Shown here piece by piece: positions 40,722-51,564 of a stretch of 64,000 nucleotides of DNA. Position numbers and translations under genes: made by a program. A model generated the notes under the pieces. The model was not told where the DNA came from, did not search any database, and was given only the letters and a program-made list of their open reading frames with translations. Each line of letters begins with the position of its first letter. Position 1 is the first letter of the stretch. Source of the stretch: Acutalibacteraceae bacterium (GTDB lineage: Bacteria > Bacillota > Clostridia > Oscillospirales > Acutalibacteraceae); assembly GCA_045541175.1 (NCBI GenBank), contig JAZQIP010000022.1, positions 14,129 to 78,128 on the forward strand, in the 5' to 3' direction.

Positions 40722-41648
40722 TTATTTGCTTTGGCTCGCGGATTTGGTTGCGAGAGTACAAAACAAAAGACTTAAATTAACATTAGTAATGAGCGATTTT
40801 TCAAGTGATGACAGCTCATTATAAAATCCTGAAAGCAACCTTGCCTCAGGGGTATTAAGGCTTTTTCTTAACCTTAAAGCTGTTTTATATTTCAAATCCT
40901 TGAAAAAAAGCTCGGCATCAATTCGGCTTTTTTCAAAGGGAGCAGAAATACTCAGCATACCGAAAATATCAGAGCGAAGCATACGCTCTAAATATTCCTC
41001 TGCCGCAACGCCTGTTTTAGTGTCGGCGGCACCTTGCAGTAATTTCAGGGCATTACCGATATTGTTTTGCTTATTATCAAGGGCATTTATAATATCGTCC
41101 TCAGAAAAATCGGTGTTTGCACTTATATATTCTGCCGCGGTCTGCCTGTCAGGACAGCTTAGCGTCAGGATAACGCATCTTGAAATAACCGTATCCAAAA
41201 AAGCGGATTTGGATTCGGCTATCAATATAAACATCACAGTTTCGGGTGGCTCTTCAAGTATTTTGAGGAGCGCATTTTGAGCCTGCTCGTTCATAGAATC
41301 GGCATTGTCGATTATAAAGACACGGCGTCTTGCCTCGTGGGGCTTAACAAAAGCATCAAGGCGAAGATCTCTTATCTGCGCTACAGAAATATTTTTCTTG
41401 CCGTCAATCGGGGCGGTAATAGTAATATCAGGGTGGTTATCATTTGCGAAAAGCTTGCAGTTTCTGCACTCGTCGCAAGGCGGATTTTCACCCGAGCATA
41501 CAGCCGCCGAGGAAATAAATCTGGCTAAGGTGTGCCTGCCGGTACCTTTATCACCCTCGATAAGTATAGCGTGGGGGAGGCGGTTTTCTTTAATAGCGCA
41601 GGTTATAGCCGCATTTATTTTACTGTTTCCAACAAGCGGAAAAATCAT
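40722..41648 (-). CDS. holB: DNA polymerase III delta' subunit
   Basis: LPHAILIEGDKGTGRHTLARF, zinc module CDECRNC, FIIDNADSMNEQAQNALLKILEEPP. Confidence 0.9.
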   Translation of the reverse strand: MIFPLVGNSKINAAITCAIKENRLPHAILIEGDKGTGRHTLARFISSAAVCSGENPPCDECRNCKLFANDNHPDITITAPIDGKKNISVAQIRDLRLDAFVKPHEARRRVFIIDNADSMNEQAQNALLKILEEPPETVMFILIAESKSAFLDTVISRCVILTLSCPDRQTAAEYISANTDFSEDDIINALDNKQNNIGNALKLLQGAADTKTGVAAEEYLERMLRSDIFGMLSISAPFEKSRIDAELFFKDLKYKTALRLRKSLNTPEARLLSGFYNELSSLEKSLITNVNLSLLFCTLATKSASQSK

Positions 41649-42652
41649 AATACAAAACCGACCTTTTTCATAGCCTTGAAATAGGTCTTGCGGGCAATCT
41701 TTTCTGCCTTTTCGGCACCCTCGCGGTATAAAGCCTCTAAAGCCTTTTTATCCTTGATTATTTCGTCATAGCGCTGTTTTACAGGAGCTAAGGTATCTGC
41801 AACAGCTTCTCCTACTGCAAGTTTAAAGTCGCCGTACCCTTTGCCCTCAAATTCTTTTTCAACCTCTGCTACAGTCTTATTAGTAATGGTTGAATAAATG
41901 GTTATAAGATTAGAAATACCCGGCTTTTCTTCTGCCATACGAACGGTTGCATCCGAATCTGTCACGGCTCGCTTGAACTTGCGGATTATAGTATCCTTAT
42001 CGTCAAGGATTGCTACCCAGGCATTTGGATTATCGTCCGACTTGGACATCTTTTTAGCAGGGTCCTGAAGAGACATAATACGGGCGCCTGCCTTTGGAAT
42101 ATAAGGCTCAGGAATAGTGAAAACATCGCCGTATTTATTGTTAAAACGAATTGCGATATCCCTTGCAATTTCAAGGTGCTGCTTCTGGTCAGCGCCTACA
42201 GGTACAAAGTCGGGCTGATAGAGCAGGATATCTGCTGCCATTAGCACAGGGTAGGAGAAAAGTCCTACATTTATATTTTCGGGGTGCTTTGCAGATTTAT
42301 CCTTAAACTGAGTCATTCTCGACATTTCGCCAAACTGAGTATTGCAAGAAAGCAACCACGAAAGATTTGCATGCTCAGGCACATGGGACTGAATAAAAAT
42401 GGTATTTTTTTCGGGATCCAGTCCTAAAGCCAAGAGCAGGGCATAGGTAGAATAAATCTGCTGTCTTAAAGCAGAGGGCTCCTGACGGACTGTTATAGCG
42501 TGCAGGTCAGCTACTGCAAAGGTGCAGTCAAATTCATCCTGCATAAGAGTCCAATTCTTAAGCGCACCGAGATAATTGCCGAGAGTAAGCATTCCGCTCG
42601 GCTGAATACAGCTCAGCACTTTCTTTTTAAGGTTTGTATTTTCTTGACACAT
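41645..42652 (-). CDS. trpS: Tryptophan--tRNA ligase
   Basis: CIQPSGMLTLGNYLGA (HIGH-region equivalent), KMSKSD, AADILLYQ...VPVGADQKQHLE. Confidence 0.95.
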   Translation of the reverse strand: MCQENTNLKKKVLSCIQPSGMLTLGNYLGALKNWTLMQDEFDCTFAVADLHAITVRQEPSALRQQIYSTYALLLALGLDPEKNTIFIQSHVPEHANLSWLLSCNTQFGEMSRMTQFKDKSAKHPENINVGLFSYPVLMAADILLYQPDFVPVGADQKQHLEIARDIAIRFNNKYGDVFTIPEPYIPKAGARIMSLQDPAKKMSKSDDNPNAWVAILDDKDTIIRKFKRAVTDSDATVRMAEEKPGISNLITIYSTITNKTVAEVEKEFEGKGYGDFKLAVGEAVADTLAPVKQRYDEIIKDKKALEALYREGAEKAEKIARKTYFKAMKKVGFVL

Positions 42653-42717
42653 TAAAATCACGCCTTAATACTAGATATCTTATTTATATTAACATATTTC
42701 AAAACGCTTTACAAGAT

Positions 42718-45342
42718 TTATTTATCATCGTTGAAAGCATCTTCATCGATTTTGAATCCGCCGCTGAAATGGGTGCTGATATCAGGAATATCTATTCCGT
42801 CATCATCGAGAATGCCTTTCTTTTTAAGAGTCGAGGCTTCTGATAATATACTAGCTCCCATTTCCTCGGACTCCTGTATTCTCCACTGTTTAAGCAGTTC
42901 TTCACCTTCGGGGTAGGTATCGGATACTTTTCGGTTGCGTCCAAATATCTTAAAGAGAATTATATACGCAAGGAAGATAACAGCCGAAACAGCGGTAATC
43001 TTAACCCCTGTAAGCAACAGGGGAGCGGTATAATCAAAACGGATTTCGCTTATACCCTCATTAACCTTAACTGCCATAAAGCCTGAATTCACTTTTTCTA
43101 TTTCAGCAGGCTTACCGTTTACGGTTGCAGACCAACCCTTGTCAAAAGGAACAGAGAAGAATACCAGAGTTTCATTCTCACGCTCTACGGTAGCCGAAAA
43201 TCCGCGGTTATCGGTAGAAAATGCCGAAGCGGCAGTTTCTTTAAGACGGGCAGAGTCGTAAACCACCATTTCTTCGGAAATATTTAGTGAGGTTTCAGTT
43301 GGGGAATAATATCCGCTGTAGTTTAAGTTGCTGATATCTTCAAACATATATCCGTATTTTTCAATCTGCTCATCGGTAAGAAGAATTGCTTTGAGCATCA
43401 TTGAGGCACGGTCATTTCCTGAATAATTATCGCAGAAATCATAGCTCATATAGTAATCATAGGAAAAACCGTAGGGGATATAGTTATTATTTTCGTAGAT
43501 ATAATACCCACTCTCGGTTTTGAGATAGGTATATCCAGGCATTTCTGTTTCACCTGAATCCTGATCGACAAAGCTGTCTCCGTCCTTGCGGTTCAGCAGA
43601 TATTTTACCGAAAGCAGAGGTCTTATAGCATAAACATCGGTTTCGGGTCTGCTTCCTACAGAGCGTTCAACCCCGATATATTCATAAAATTCTATGATAG
43701 AAGCAGGTACTACCGAGTGAAACGCATTTATACCCGACAGACCTAAATACATAGAGGTATTGTCAACCCCGTCATAAACATCTACTCTGAATTCGCTTTC
43801 ATCATTAAGGTCAACTTCACCCTCAATAAGAGAGTCTATCATAACATCCTTTACCTCATAAGAATGAGACCTGCCGGTTGCTATGAAAACGCAGGAATAA
43901 AGAACGGATATAATGCATACACAGGCGATAGCAGATTTTGTAAAGGTTTCCCTTTTATTTTTCACAAGCTTAAGCAACAGCCCTAATATCAGCAGGCTGA
44001 TAATTGCTATTGCACAGGATGCCCAAAATCTCACTGCATACATAACTCGGTCGTCTATTTCACCGTTGCCTTGAGAATAAAGACCGAAAATGAGTTTGTC
44101 ATCGTCATTTTTCTGAGGGAAAAAGCCTATAACAGCCGAGACGGCTATGGTTATACCGTAAACCCATTTATAGCCAGATGACCAATCAATATTTTTGTCC
44201 TCTGTAAGGCAGACGGTTGCCAGACACATCATAAGTATCGGCATATAAAACCAGCGCGCATAATACGAGGTATTAAAGGCATAAAAAGCGCTGTTGAGAA
44301 CGGGAACTAATGCCATAAATATGCTGATACCGATGATTCTTTTAAGCCAATGGCCCTTTCTCTGAGAGAAAAAGGTAAAAACGCCTACCATACTGAATAT
44401 CGGAAGCCATCCGCCGAGCGAGGACCATTTAACCTCAGCTCCGGGGAAAAATACCGGGCGCGCGGGAATATCGGGTGGGAAGAAGAAGCACTGCATAACA
44501 TTCGCATATATCTGCTCTTTTCCGTACATAATTGCATTCCAGCCGAGAAGCGTGCTTGAAACACGGGAATTATCAATTATAGCCGCGAGGGAGGGCAAAA
44601 GCAGACCTGCGGCAAGCGCAAGGCCGAGTATTGCCTCGAAAACAAGAACAGCAAAGCGGGAAACCTTTAATTTGAAAACGCCGCTTAAAAGTCTTACAAA
44701 GAAGTATATTACCGTAAACACTACCATTCCAAAGAAGAAGAAATAGTTTGTTACAGCGCATATACATACTGTAAAGGCGAAAATAAATCGACGGTTTTCG
44801 GTGATAAGCAATTCCAGCGCAAGCAAAAGCAGGGGGAAAAAGATTATTGCCTCGTGGAAATGATTGAAGAATATGTTATAAACAGAAAAGCCCGAAAATG
44901 CGTATAAAAGACCGCCTAGCATGGCTGTTTCGGGTGCTCTTGTAAAACGGCGGATATAAGCATAGGCTGTGAGAGCGGCGCAGGCAAATTTTAAAATAAG
45001 CAAAGGCCCCATAAGATAGGGAACAAAGCTATTAGGAAAAGGAATTGTCAGCCAGAAAAAGGGACTGCCCAAAAGATAAAAGCTATAAGCCCCGATAAAA
45101 TTAGCACCGAGGTCGGTATGCCAATTCCAGAAAAATCCTCCTGATTTTACCGCAGCATGGCATTCCTGATAAAAAGGAATCTGCTGAACATTAAAGTCTC
45201 CGTAAAAGATAAAATAACCCTCGCCCATAATAATAAACGGCACAAAAAATGCCGCCGCAACTGCCAAAGCAGTCAAAAAAGTAGCAAGGTATTTTTCTTT
45301 TTTAGGTCTTAGAGCCATTGATTTCGAATATGAAAAAACCAT
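42718..45342 (-). CDS. yfhO: YfhO-family polytopic membrane protein (glycosyl-transfer to cell-envelope polymers)
   Basis: 874 aa. N-terminal FIFYGDFNVQQIPFYQE... with more than 10 TM helices, a large extracytoplasmic C-domain and a terminal TM. Confidence 0.8.
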   Translation of the reverse strand: MVFSYSKSMALRPKKEKYLATFLTALAVAAAFFVPFIIMGEGYFIFYGDFNVQQIPFYQECHAAVKSGGFFWNWHTDLGANFIGAYSFYLLGSPFFWLTIPFPNSFVPYLMGPLLILKFACAALTAYAYIRRFTRAPETAMLGGLLYAFSGFSVYNIFFNHFHEAIIFFPLLLLALELLITENRRFIFAFTVCICAVTNYFFFFGMVVFTVIYFFVRLLSGVFKLKVSRFAVLVFEAILGLALAAGLLLPSLAAIIDNSRVSSTLLGWNAIMYGKEQIYANVMQCFFFPPDIPARPVFFPGAEVKWSSLGGWLPIFSMVGVFTFFSQRKGHWLKRIIGISIFMALVPVLNSAFYAFNTSYYARWFYMPILMMCLATVCLTEDKNIDWSSGYKWVYGITIAVSAVIGFFPQKNDDDKLIFGLYSQGNGEIDDRVMYAVRFWASCAIAIISLLILGLLLKLVKNKRETFTKSAIACVCIISVLYSCVFIATGRSHSYEVKDVMIDSLIEGEVDLNDESEFRVDVYDGVDNTSMYLGLSGINAFHSVVPASIIEFYEYIGVERSVGSRPETDVYAIRPLLSVKYLLNRKDGDSFVDQDSGETEMPGYTYLKTESGYYIYENNNYIPYGFSYDYYMSYDFCDNYSGNDRASMMLKAILLTDEQIEKYGYMFEDISNLNYSGYYSPTETSLNISEEMVVYDSARLKETAASAFSTDNRGFSATVERENETLVFFSVPFDKGWSATVNGKPAEIEKVNSGFMAVKVNEGISEIRFDYTAPLLLTGVKITAVSAVIFLAYIILFKIFGRNRKVSDTYPEGEELLKQWRIQESEEMGASILSEASTLKKKGILDDDGIDIPDISTHFSGGFKIDEDAFNDDK

Positions 45343-45435
45343 TGGTTACATCCTTTTAAAATATTTTTATTGATATTATACCAATAAATGTGATAATATT
45401 CAATAAGATAAATGATAAAAAATAGTGAGGGAATT

Positions 45436-46011
45436 ATGAAAAACCATTTTTATGCAATGATGGCAAGGATGAAGAATATATACCGCTGGGGGCTTATGAA
45501 AAATATCCGCCGAGAAAATTTAAGCGAGCATTCCTTAGAGGTGGCTCAGATTGCGCACGCTCTGGCAATTATCAGAAACGAGCGCTTTGGCGGAAATATA
45601 GACCCTAATTTTACTGCGGTTGCCGCAATGTATCACGATACCTGCGAGATAATAACAGGCGATATGCCGACCCCTATCAAGTATTATAACAACGAGATAA
45701 AAACCGCTTATAAGCAGATAGAGTGTGAGGCTCAAAAGCAGCTTACAGCAATGCTCCCTGAGGATTTCAAAAACACCTTTAAGGCTATTTATGAGCCTGA
45801 CGAACAAACCGAAAAGCTGATTAAGGCGGCAGACAAGCTTTCTGCACTTATAAAATGCACCGAGGAATTGAATTTCGGAAATAGAGAATTTGCCGTTGCA
45901 GAAAAGTCGACAAGAAAAGCAATTGAGAAGCTTGATGTGCCTGAAGCACTTGTATTTTTAGAGGAATTTATCCCAAGCTTTTCGCTTTCTCTTGATGAAC
46001 AGAGAAATTAA
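45436..46011 (+). CDS. HD-domain 5'-deoxynucleotidase (YfbR-like)
   Basis: IYRWGLMKNIRRENLSEHSLEVAQIAHALA...MYHDTCEIITGDMPTP. Confidence 0.85.
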   Translation: MKNHFYAMMARMKNIYRWGLMKNIRRENLSEHSLEVAQIAHALAIIRNERFGGNIDPNFTAVAAMYHDTCEIITGDMPTPIKYYNNEIKTAYKQIECEAQKQLTAMLPEDFKNTFKAIYEPDEQTEKLIKAADKLSALIKCTEELNFGNREFAVAEKSTRKAIEKLDVPEALVFLEEFIPSFSLSLDEQRN

Positions 46012-46022
46012 TAGCACGCTCA

Positions 46023-46051
46023 GCACCGTCTTTTAAGGCGGTGCTTTTTCT
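46023..46051 (+). terminator. Intrinsic terminator
   Basis: AGCACCG (46023-29) pairs with CGGTGCT (46040-46), followed by TTTTT. Confidence 0.75.
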
Positions 46052-46176
46052 ATTTTAAAAAAATAAAATAATATTAACAAAATGTCTTTATTTTTTGAAA
46101 GGATTGTGCTATAATCTATAATGTATATCTATGTGTATGTTGGATATTGCAAATTGTAATCAAATCAGCTTGAGAG

Positions 46177-47502
46177 GTGAGTGCTGTGGCAAGAAGAATA
46201 TTGAGTGTATTAGTCTGTTTTGCGATTTCGTTATTGCTTTGCGGATGCGAGCTGTTTGCCGCAGATACGGCAGAGCTTTTAGCCCCGCCGGCGCTTTCGG
46301 GCGAGCTTTATCCGATAGCTAAGGTTATAGATGAAACAGCAGGCGGAGATTATACCTTCAAGTACCCTTCTCACGGAAATTACCGCTCGGCAGTAGTGCA
46401 GAATGATATTGACAGTGACGGTAATCTTGAGGCTTTCGCATTTTACAGTATGTCTGACGGAGAAACGGTTACAATGCAGGTTAATGCAATTTGTCTGGTA
46501 GACGGGGTATGGAAGTCTGTGGCACAGCAGAAAATAGTAGCAGGCGGTATTGACAGTCTTGATTTCTGCGACCTTGATAATGACGGTATTCAGGAGATAC
46601 TTATCGGTTGGGAGATTTACGGTACAAGCGAAATGCAGCTTGCGGTATACAGTCTGGGAGAAAATACTCTTGCCCAGCGTATGCTTCAGAAATATACCCA
46701 TTTTGTCACCTGTGACCTAGATGAGAACGACAAAAAAGAAATACTGATTATTAAAAGCTCGACAGCCGAACAGACTAACTCGGCATCGCTTTTTGCTTTG
46801 ACTGATGATGGTATAACCGAAATTTCTTCCTGTGAGCTTGACAGTGCGGCAAAAACCTTTAATCACCCTATAGTTGCAACCCTTTCTTCGGGCAAGCCTG
46901 CGGTTTATATTGATGAAATCAAAGGTGCGGGTGCGGTTACAGAGGTGCTCTTTATGGAAAAGGGTGAGCTTGTAAATCCGCTTTATGATAAGGATGCTAA
47001 GGAAACCCTTGCGACCTTGCGTTCGGTAGCATTCAGCGTTAAGGATATTAATAATGACGGTATAATGGAAATACCGATTCAGGTGGATGTGCCTTCGGTT
47101 ACGAGATATCAGTCTAACCAAAGACTTTATCTTACAAGCTGGTGCTCATTTAACGGAGAGATTCTCACCAGTCAAATGGTGACGATGATAAATGTTGAGG
47201 ACGGTTATTGCTACACTATACCCTCAAAATGGGTGGGCAGTATAGCTGTTCTTAAGGATACTGAAAACCGACTCAGAGAAATATACCGATATGACCCTGA
47301 AAACCAGACCGAAACCGAAAGTTTGCTTTATATAAAGGCAGTTCCCAAGACCGATTGGGATGACGGCAAATATAAAGCAGTAGGTATTGAGGAAATTTAT
47401 AATGACGGGGAAACCTCGTTTATTTGCAGTATTTCTGCTGCAGGTGTTGCAGACGGTGTTACGATGGAATATGTCAAATCAAACTTTATGATTTTTGAAT
47501 AG
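46177..47502 (+). CDS. Lipoprotein with FG-GAP/VCBS-like Asp-rich repeats
   Basis: Lipobox LLLCGC. Repeats DIDSDGNLE, DLDNDGIQEILIG, DLDENDKKEILI, INNDGIMEIP. Confidence 0.7.
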   Translation: MSAVARRILSVLVCFAISLLLCGCELFAADTAELLAPPALSGELYPIAKVIDETAGGDYTFKYPSHGNYRSAVVQNDIDSDGNLEAFAFYSMSDGETVTMQVNAICLVDGVWKSVAQQKIVAGGIDSLDFCDLDNDGIQEILIGWEIYGTSEMQLAVYSLGENTLAQRMLQKYTHFVTCDLDENDKKEILIIKSSTAEQTNSASLFALTDDGITEISSCELDSAAKTFNHPIVATLSSGKPAVYIDEIKGAGAVTEVLFMEKGELVNPLYDKDAKETLATLRSVAFSVKDINNDGIMEIPIQVDVPSVTRYQSNQRLYLTSWCSFNGEILTSQMVTMINVEDGYCYTIPSKWVGSIAVLKDTENRLREIYRYDPENQTETESLLYIKAVPKTDWDDGKYKAVGIEEIYNDGETSFICSISAAGVADGVTMEYVKSNFMIFE

Positions 47503-47515
47503 GAGCAGGATTTAT

Positions 47516-48223
47516 ATGAAACGAATTCTTATAGTTGAAGATGAAGCCGCAATAAGAGAGTTTGAAGCAATAAATCTGAAAAGGGTAGGCTATAATATCT
47601 GCGAAGCGGGAAGCGGAGAGGAAGCCCTTGATATTTACGATAATGATATAGAAGGCTTTGATATAGCTCTTCTTGATATTTCAATGCCCGGTATGGATGG
47701 CTTTACTCTTTGTAAAGAGCTTAGAAAGCGCAGTGAAAACCTCGGAATTATAATGCTGACAGCCCGCACTCAGGAAATGGATAAAATAAGCGGACTTATG
47801 CTAGGCGCCGATGATTACATAACAAAGCCTTTCAGCCCGACGGAGCTGTTAGCCAGAGTTGATTCGCTTTACCGCAGAGTAGAAATGCATACTCAAAAGG
47901 CGGCAGTACCTGTTGTGACAGATGAGATAACTCTCGGAGATTTCACCCTCAATCTCAGAAGACGCACCCTTGTTAAAAACTCGGTAAACATCGAGCTTAC
48001 TCAGGTTGAGTTTCAGATGGTCGAATATTTTTTTAATAATCCCGATGTTGCTCTTGACCGTACCGATATACTCAACCGCGTATGGGGAAGCAATTATTAT
48101 GGTGAAGAAAAAATAGTTGATGTTAATATAAGAAGACTTCGCAAAAAAATCGAGGAAGACCCCTCGGAGCCTAAATATTTGCTGACAGTCTGGGGTATGG
48201 GTTATAAGTGGAACACCCATTAA
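47516..48223 (+). CDS. OmpR-family response regulator
   Basis: MKRILIVEDE...DIALLDISMPGMDG...TAR...ADDYITKPF, with a C-terminal winged helix (VWGMGYKW). Confidence 0.92.
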   Translation: MKRILIVEDEAAIREFEAINLKRVGYNICEAGSGEEALDIYDNDIEGFDIALLDISMPGMDGFTLCKELRKRSENLGIIMLTARTQEMDKISGLMLGADDYITKPFSPTELLARVDSLYRRVEMHTQKAAVPVVTDEITLGDFTLNLRRRTLVKNSVNIELTQVEFQMVEYFFNNPDVALDRTDILNRVWGSNYYGEEKIVDVNIRRLRKKIEEDPSEPKYLLTVWGMGYKWNTH

Positions 48224-48257
48224 TTTGATTTTTTAAAATTTTGAAAGGAGAAGGCAA

Positions 48258-49718
48258 ATGCAACTGGAAATCAAGTTTAAAAGTATAGCAATGCGCTGGT
48301 TTTTAAATATATTTTTAATTCTTGCCGTAGTTATCTGTGCGGTGGCAATTGCTTTCTCGGCAGTATTCAGTTCGTTCTACAGCGAGCGTATACAGGAGCT
48401 TGCAGAGGATTATTCCTATGAATTTTATGCCCTTTCCGGCTCTAATAATCTAACCTTTAACGATACCGCTATTTCTATTGCGGGTGAATTTAAGTATAAA
48501 GATAAAATTGAGGTTCAGGTAATAGGCAATGACGATAGCATAGTCGTTTCTACTACGGGCTTTCAGTCTGGTAATGACCCTATGCCTGATTACTATGAGG
48601 CTAAGAAATCGGGACATGCGGTTAAAGAGACTGTGACAACAGGTGGAGAAGCAATCCTTGCGGGAACTACTATGATATATGATTCCGAGGGCGAGTCTTT
48701 AGGTGCATATAGGTGGATAACCTCACTCAGAACATTTGACAGAATGAAAGGCAATTTTATAGCGGTTATAACTATAGTTGCATTGGCGATTTTAGGCTTT
48801 AGTGCTTTCTCGGGACTGTTTTTTATAAAATCTATCGTACAGCCTATAAGAGATGTGAGCAATATCGCCCGAAAAATTGCAATGGGCGATTTGAATTCGA
48901 GAATAGAAATCACCAAGAATGATGAAATAGGTGAGCTTTGCGATACTATTAATTATATGGCAACGGAATTGAGTCAGGCGCAGAATTTGAAGAATGATTT
49001 TATTTCCTCGGTGTCTCACGAATTAAGAACCCCTTTAACCGCTATCAGGGGTTGGGGTGAGACGGCTAAAATGTCGGTAGGTACAGATGAAGAGCTTGTA
49101 AACCGCGGGCTTGATGTTGTGCTTTCGGAGGCAGACAGGCTTTCGAGCCTCGTTGAGGAGCTACTCGATTTTTCAAGAATGGAATCCGGTAGAATGACGG
49201 TCGTTTCTCAGCCGCTTAATATTTCGCAGCTTTTGTCCGAATCGGTGGATATGTATACCGAGCTTTCAAAGCAGCAGGGAATAGAGCTTATATATGCCAG
49301 ACCTACTGAAGACCTCGAGGTTTTGGGGGATACAAATAGACTGAAACAGGTATTTATAAATATTATCGATAATGCGGTCAAGTATACCGAAACAGGCGGA
49401 CAGGTGCTTATAGATCAGATTAAGGAAGAAGCGTGTGTCAGAATTTCGGTTAAGGATACAGGCGTCGGTATTCCTGCTCAGGATATCGACCGCATAAAGG
49501 AAAAATTCTATAAAGCTAATAAAACAGTCCGCGGTTCGGGTATAGGCCTTGCGGTTGCGGATGAGATTATAAAACAGCATCAGGGACTTTTGTTTATTGA
49601 AAGTACCGAGGGTGTCGGAACAACGGCTACTATAGTTTTGCCGCTGTATGAGCCGCCTGAGGAAGAGGTTGTAACAGAAGTTGAAAATGAAAACGATCAA
49701 GGAGAACAGAATGGCTAA
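48258..49718 (+). CDS. Sensor histidine kinase (2 TM, HAMP, HisKA, HATPase_c)
   Basis: H-box SHELRTPLT, N-box NIIDNAVKYT, G-boxes DTGVGI and GSGIGLAV. Confidence 0.92.
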   Translation: MQLEIKFKSIAMRWFLNIFLILAVVICAVAIAFSAVFSSFYSERIQELAEDYSYEFYALSGSNNLTFNDTAISIAGEFKYKDKIEVQVIGNDDSIVVSTTGFQSGNDPMPDYYEAKKSGHAVKETVTTGGEAILAGTTMIYDSEGESLGAYRWITSLRTFDRMKGNFIAVITIVALAILGFSAFSGLFFIKSIVQPIRDVSNIARKIAMGDLNSRIEITKNDEIGELCDTINYMATELSQAQNLKNDFISSVSHELRTPLTAIRGWGETAKMSVGTDEELVNRGLDVVLSEADRLSSLVEELLDFSRMESGRMTVVSQPLNISQLLSESVDMYTELSKQQGIELIYARPTEDLEVLGDTNRLKQVFINIIDNAVKYTETGGQVLIDQIKEEACVRISVKDTGVGIPAQDIDRIKEKFYKANKTVRGSGIGLAVADEIIKQHQGLLFIESTEGVGTTATIVLPLYEPPEEEVVTEVENENDQGEQNG

Positions 49719-50718
49719 ATATACATCAATAGGCGGTCAGGCACTTATCGAGGGAATTATGATGAAAAGTCCCGAAAAAACTGCAATGGCTGTCAGAAAA
49801 AAGGACGGAGATATTGATATCTCGTATCCTGTGGGCAAAAGTATCCGCGAAAAATATAAAATTTTAAAGCTTCCGATAATAAGAGGTGTTGTAGGCTTTA
49901 TTGAGTCTATGGTGCAGGGCTATAAAGCAATGATGCAGTCGGCTGAAATTTCAGGCTTTACAGACCTTGAAGAAGAGGAAGATAAGAAAAAAGCTGAAGA
50001 AACAGGCGAAAAAAAGGACTATAGTACACTTATCAATATCGTTATGGTAATAGGAACAGTATTAGGTGTTGCCCTTTCGGTGGTTCTTTTTATGCTGATT
50101 CCAAGACTTTGCGTTTCGGGTTTGCAGGCGCTGTTTAATACCAATTTTTCAAAGTTTGTCCGCTCAGGTATAGAGCAGCTTTTAAAGCTTTCGGTATTTG
50201 TGCTTTATGTATGGCTTGTTTCCTTTATGAAGGATATAAAAAGAGTATTTATGTATCACGGTGCTGAGCATAAAACCATTTTCTGCTATGAAAAAGGACT
50301 TGAGCTGACAGTTGAGAATGTAAGAGAGCAAAAACGCTTTCATCCCAGATGCGGAACCTCTTTTATGATACTTATGATACTCATAAGCGTTATAGTATCG
50401 ACTGTTGTGCAGATGATTTTCCCCAGTGTTTATGACGTAGCTCTGCTTTGGACCGTTGCTAAGATACTTATGCTCCCTATTATTTGCGGTCTTGGATTCG
50501 AGGTACTTAAAATCTGCGGAAAATATGATAATGTGATTACAAAAATCATTTCAGCTCCGGGAATGTGGCTCCAGAGAATTACTACAAAAGAGCCTGAGGA
50601 CGATATGATTGAGATTGCAATTGCCGCTTTGAAGGCTTGCGAGCCTGAGATTCCCGATGTTGACAGAAGTGTTGATAATAAAGCGGCAGAGGGTGAAGAT
50701 ACTGATGACAATATTTGA
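49711..50718 (+). CDS. DUF1385 (YqhQ-like) membrane protein
   Basis: IGGQALIEGIMMKSP...YHGAEHKTI...HPRCGTSF. Upstream of prmC as is usual. Confidence 0.85.
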   Translation: MAKYTSIGGQALIEGIMMKSPEKTAMAVRKKDGDIDISYPVGKSIREKYKILKLPIIRGVVGFIESMVQGYKAMMQSAEISGFTDLEEEEDKKKAEETGEKKDYSTLINIVMVIGTVLGVALSVVLFMLIPRLCVSGLQALFNTNFSKFVRSGIEQLLKLSVFVLYVWLVSFMKDIKRVFMYHGAEHKTIFCYEKGLELTVENVREQKRFHPRCGTSFMILMILISVIVSTVVQMIFPSVYDVALLWTVAKILMLPIICGLGFEVLKICGKYDNVITKIISAPGMWLQRITTKEPEDDMIEIAIAALKACEPEIPDVDRSVDNKAAEGEDTDDNI

Positions 50719-51547
50719 GGCGTACAACAATACTAAGAAAAAGCTTGAGGCGGCAGGAATAGAGGATTATATCTTTGAGGCAAAGCAGATAATTAAGCAT
50801 ATAACAGGTCTTAATGCCGCTCAGATACTAAGCAAATATAATAATAAATTAACCCAGTTTCAGGAAGATAATTTAACCGTTATCGTAAGGCAAAGAGAAA
50901 TCCGCTATCCCCTGCAGTATATTTTCGGAGAATGGGATTTTTACGGCAGGAGCTTTGATGTAGGAGTCGGGGTTCTTGTTCCAAGAGCGGATACCGAGGC
51001 GATAGTAGAAGCTTGTCTTGAATACTTAAAGGATAAAAAAAATCCGGAAATACTTGACCTTTGTGCAGGGTGCGGCTGTATAGGAATTACTTTAGCGGCT
51101 GAAAAAACTGACAGCAAGGTTTTATTGCTTGAAAAATATGATGAAGCTTTAAGGTTTGCAGTAAGAAACATTGAGAAAAACGCTCTTTCTAATGTAACCG
51201 CACATAATGGCGATATATTTAATGGTGACTGCTCAGATAAAAAGTATGACCTTATAGTAAGCAATCCGCCTTATATTCCGCAAAGCGAATGGCATCTGGT
51301 GTCGCCTGAAACAGAATTCGAGCCTAAAACTGCTCTTTTAGCCGAGGACGGCGGAATGGAATTTTATAAGGCGATAATTGATAATTATAAAAATAGTCTC
51401 AAAGAGGGCGGAATGCTCTGCTTTGAGGTTGGGATAAATGGCAGCGAGACTGTTGCAGACTTGCTCAAATGTGCAGGCTTTTGTGATATAACCTTTAAAA
51501 AGGATTTAAACGAAATAGTAAGAGCAGTCTCAGGAACAAAAAATTAG
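50705..51547 (+). CDS. prmC: Release-factor glutamine N5-methyltransferase
   Basis: PLQYIFGEWDFYGRSF...LDLCAGCGCIG...VSNPPYI. Confidence 0.9.
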   Translation: MTIFEAYNNTKKKLEAAGIEDYIFEAKQIIKHITGLNAAQILSKYNNKLTQFQEDNLTVIVRQREIRYPLQYIFGEWDFYGRSFDVGVGVLVPRADTEAIVEACLEYLKDKKNPEILDLCAGCGCIGITLAAEKTDSKVLLLEKYDEALRFAVRNIEKNALSNVTAHNGDIFNGDCSDKKYDLIVSNPPYIPQSEWHLVSPETEFEPKTALLAEDGGMEFYKAIIDNYKNSLKEGGMLCFEVGINGSETVADLLKCAGFCDITFKKDLNEIVRAVSGTKN

Positions 51548-51564
51548 GAAAGTAGGGAATAAAA

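Noticed and set aside
42653-42717. T-box or other leader upstream of trpS, cysE-cysS (55307-55319) and proS (62130-62332)
   Set aside because: The gaps before trpS and cysE are far too short for a T-box. The proS leader contains a promoter and one short hairpin (AGGCG-TTTAT-CGCCT) but no specifier/antiterminator architecture or T-box sequence that I can see.
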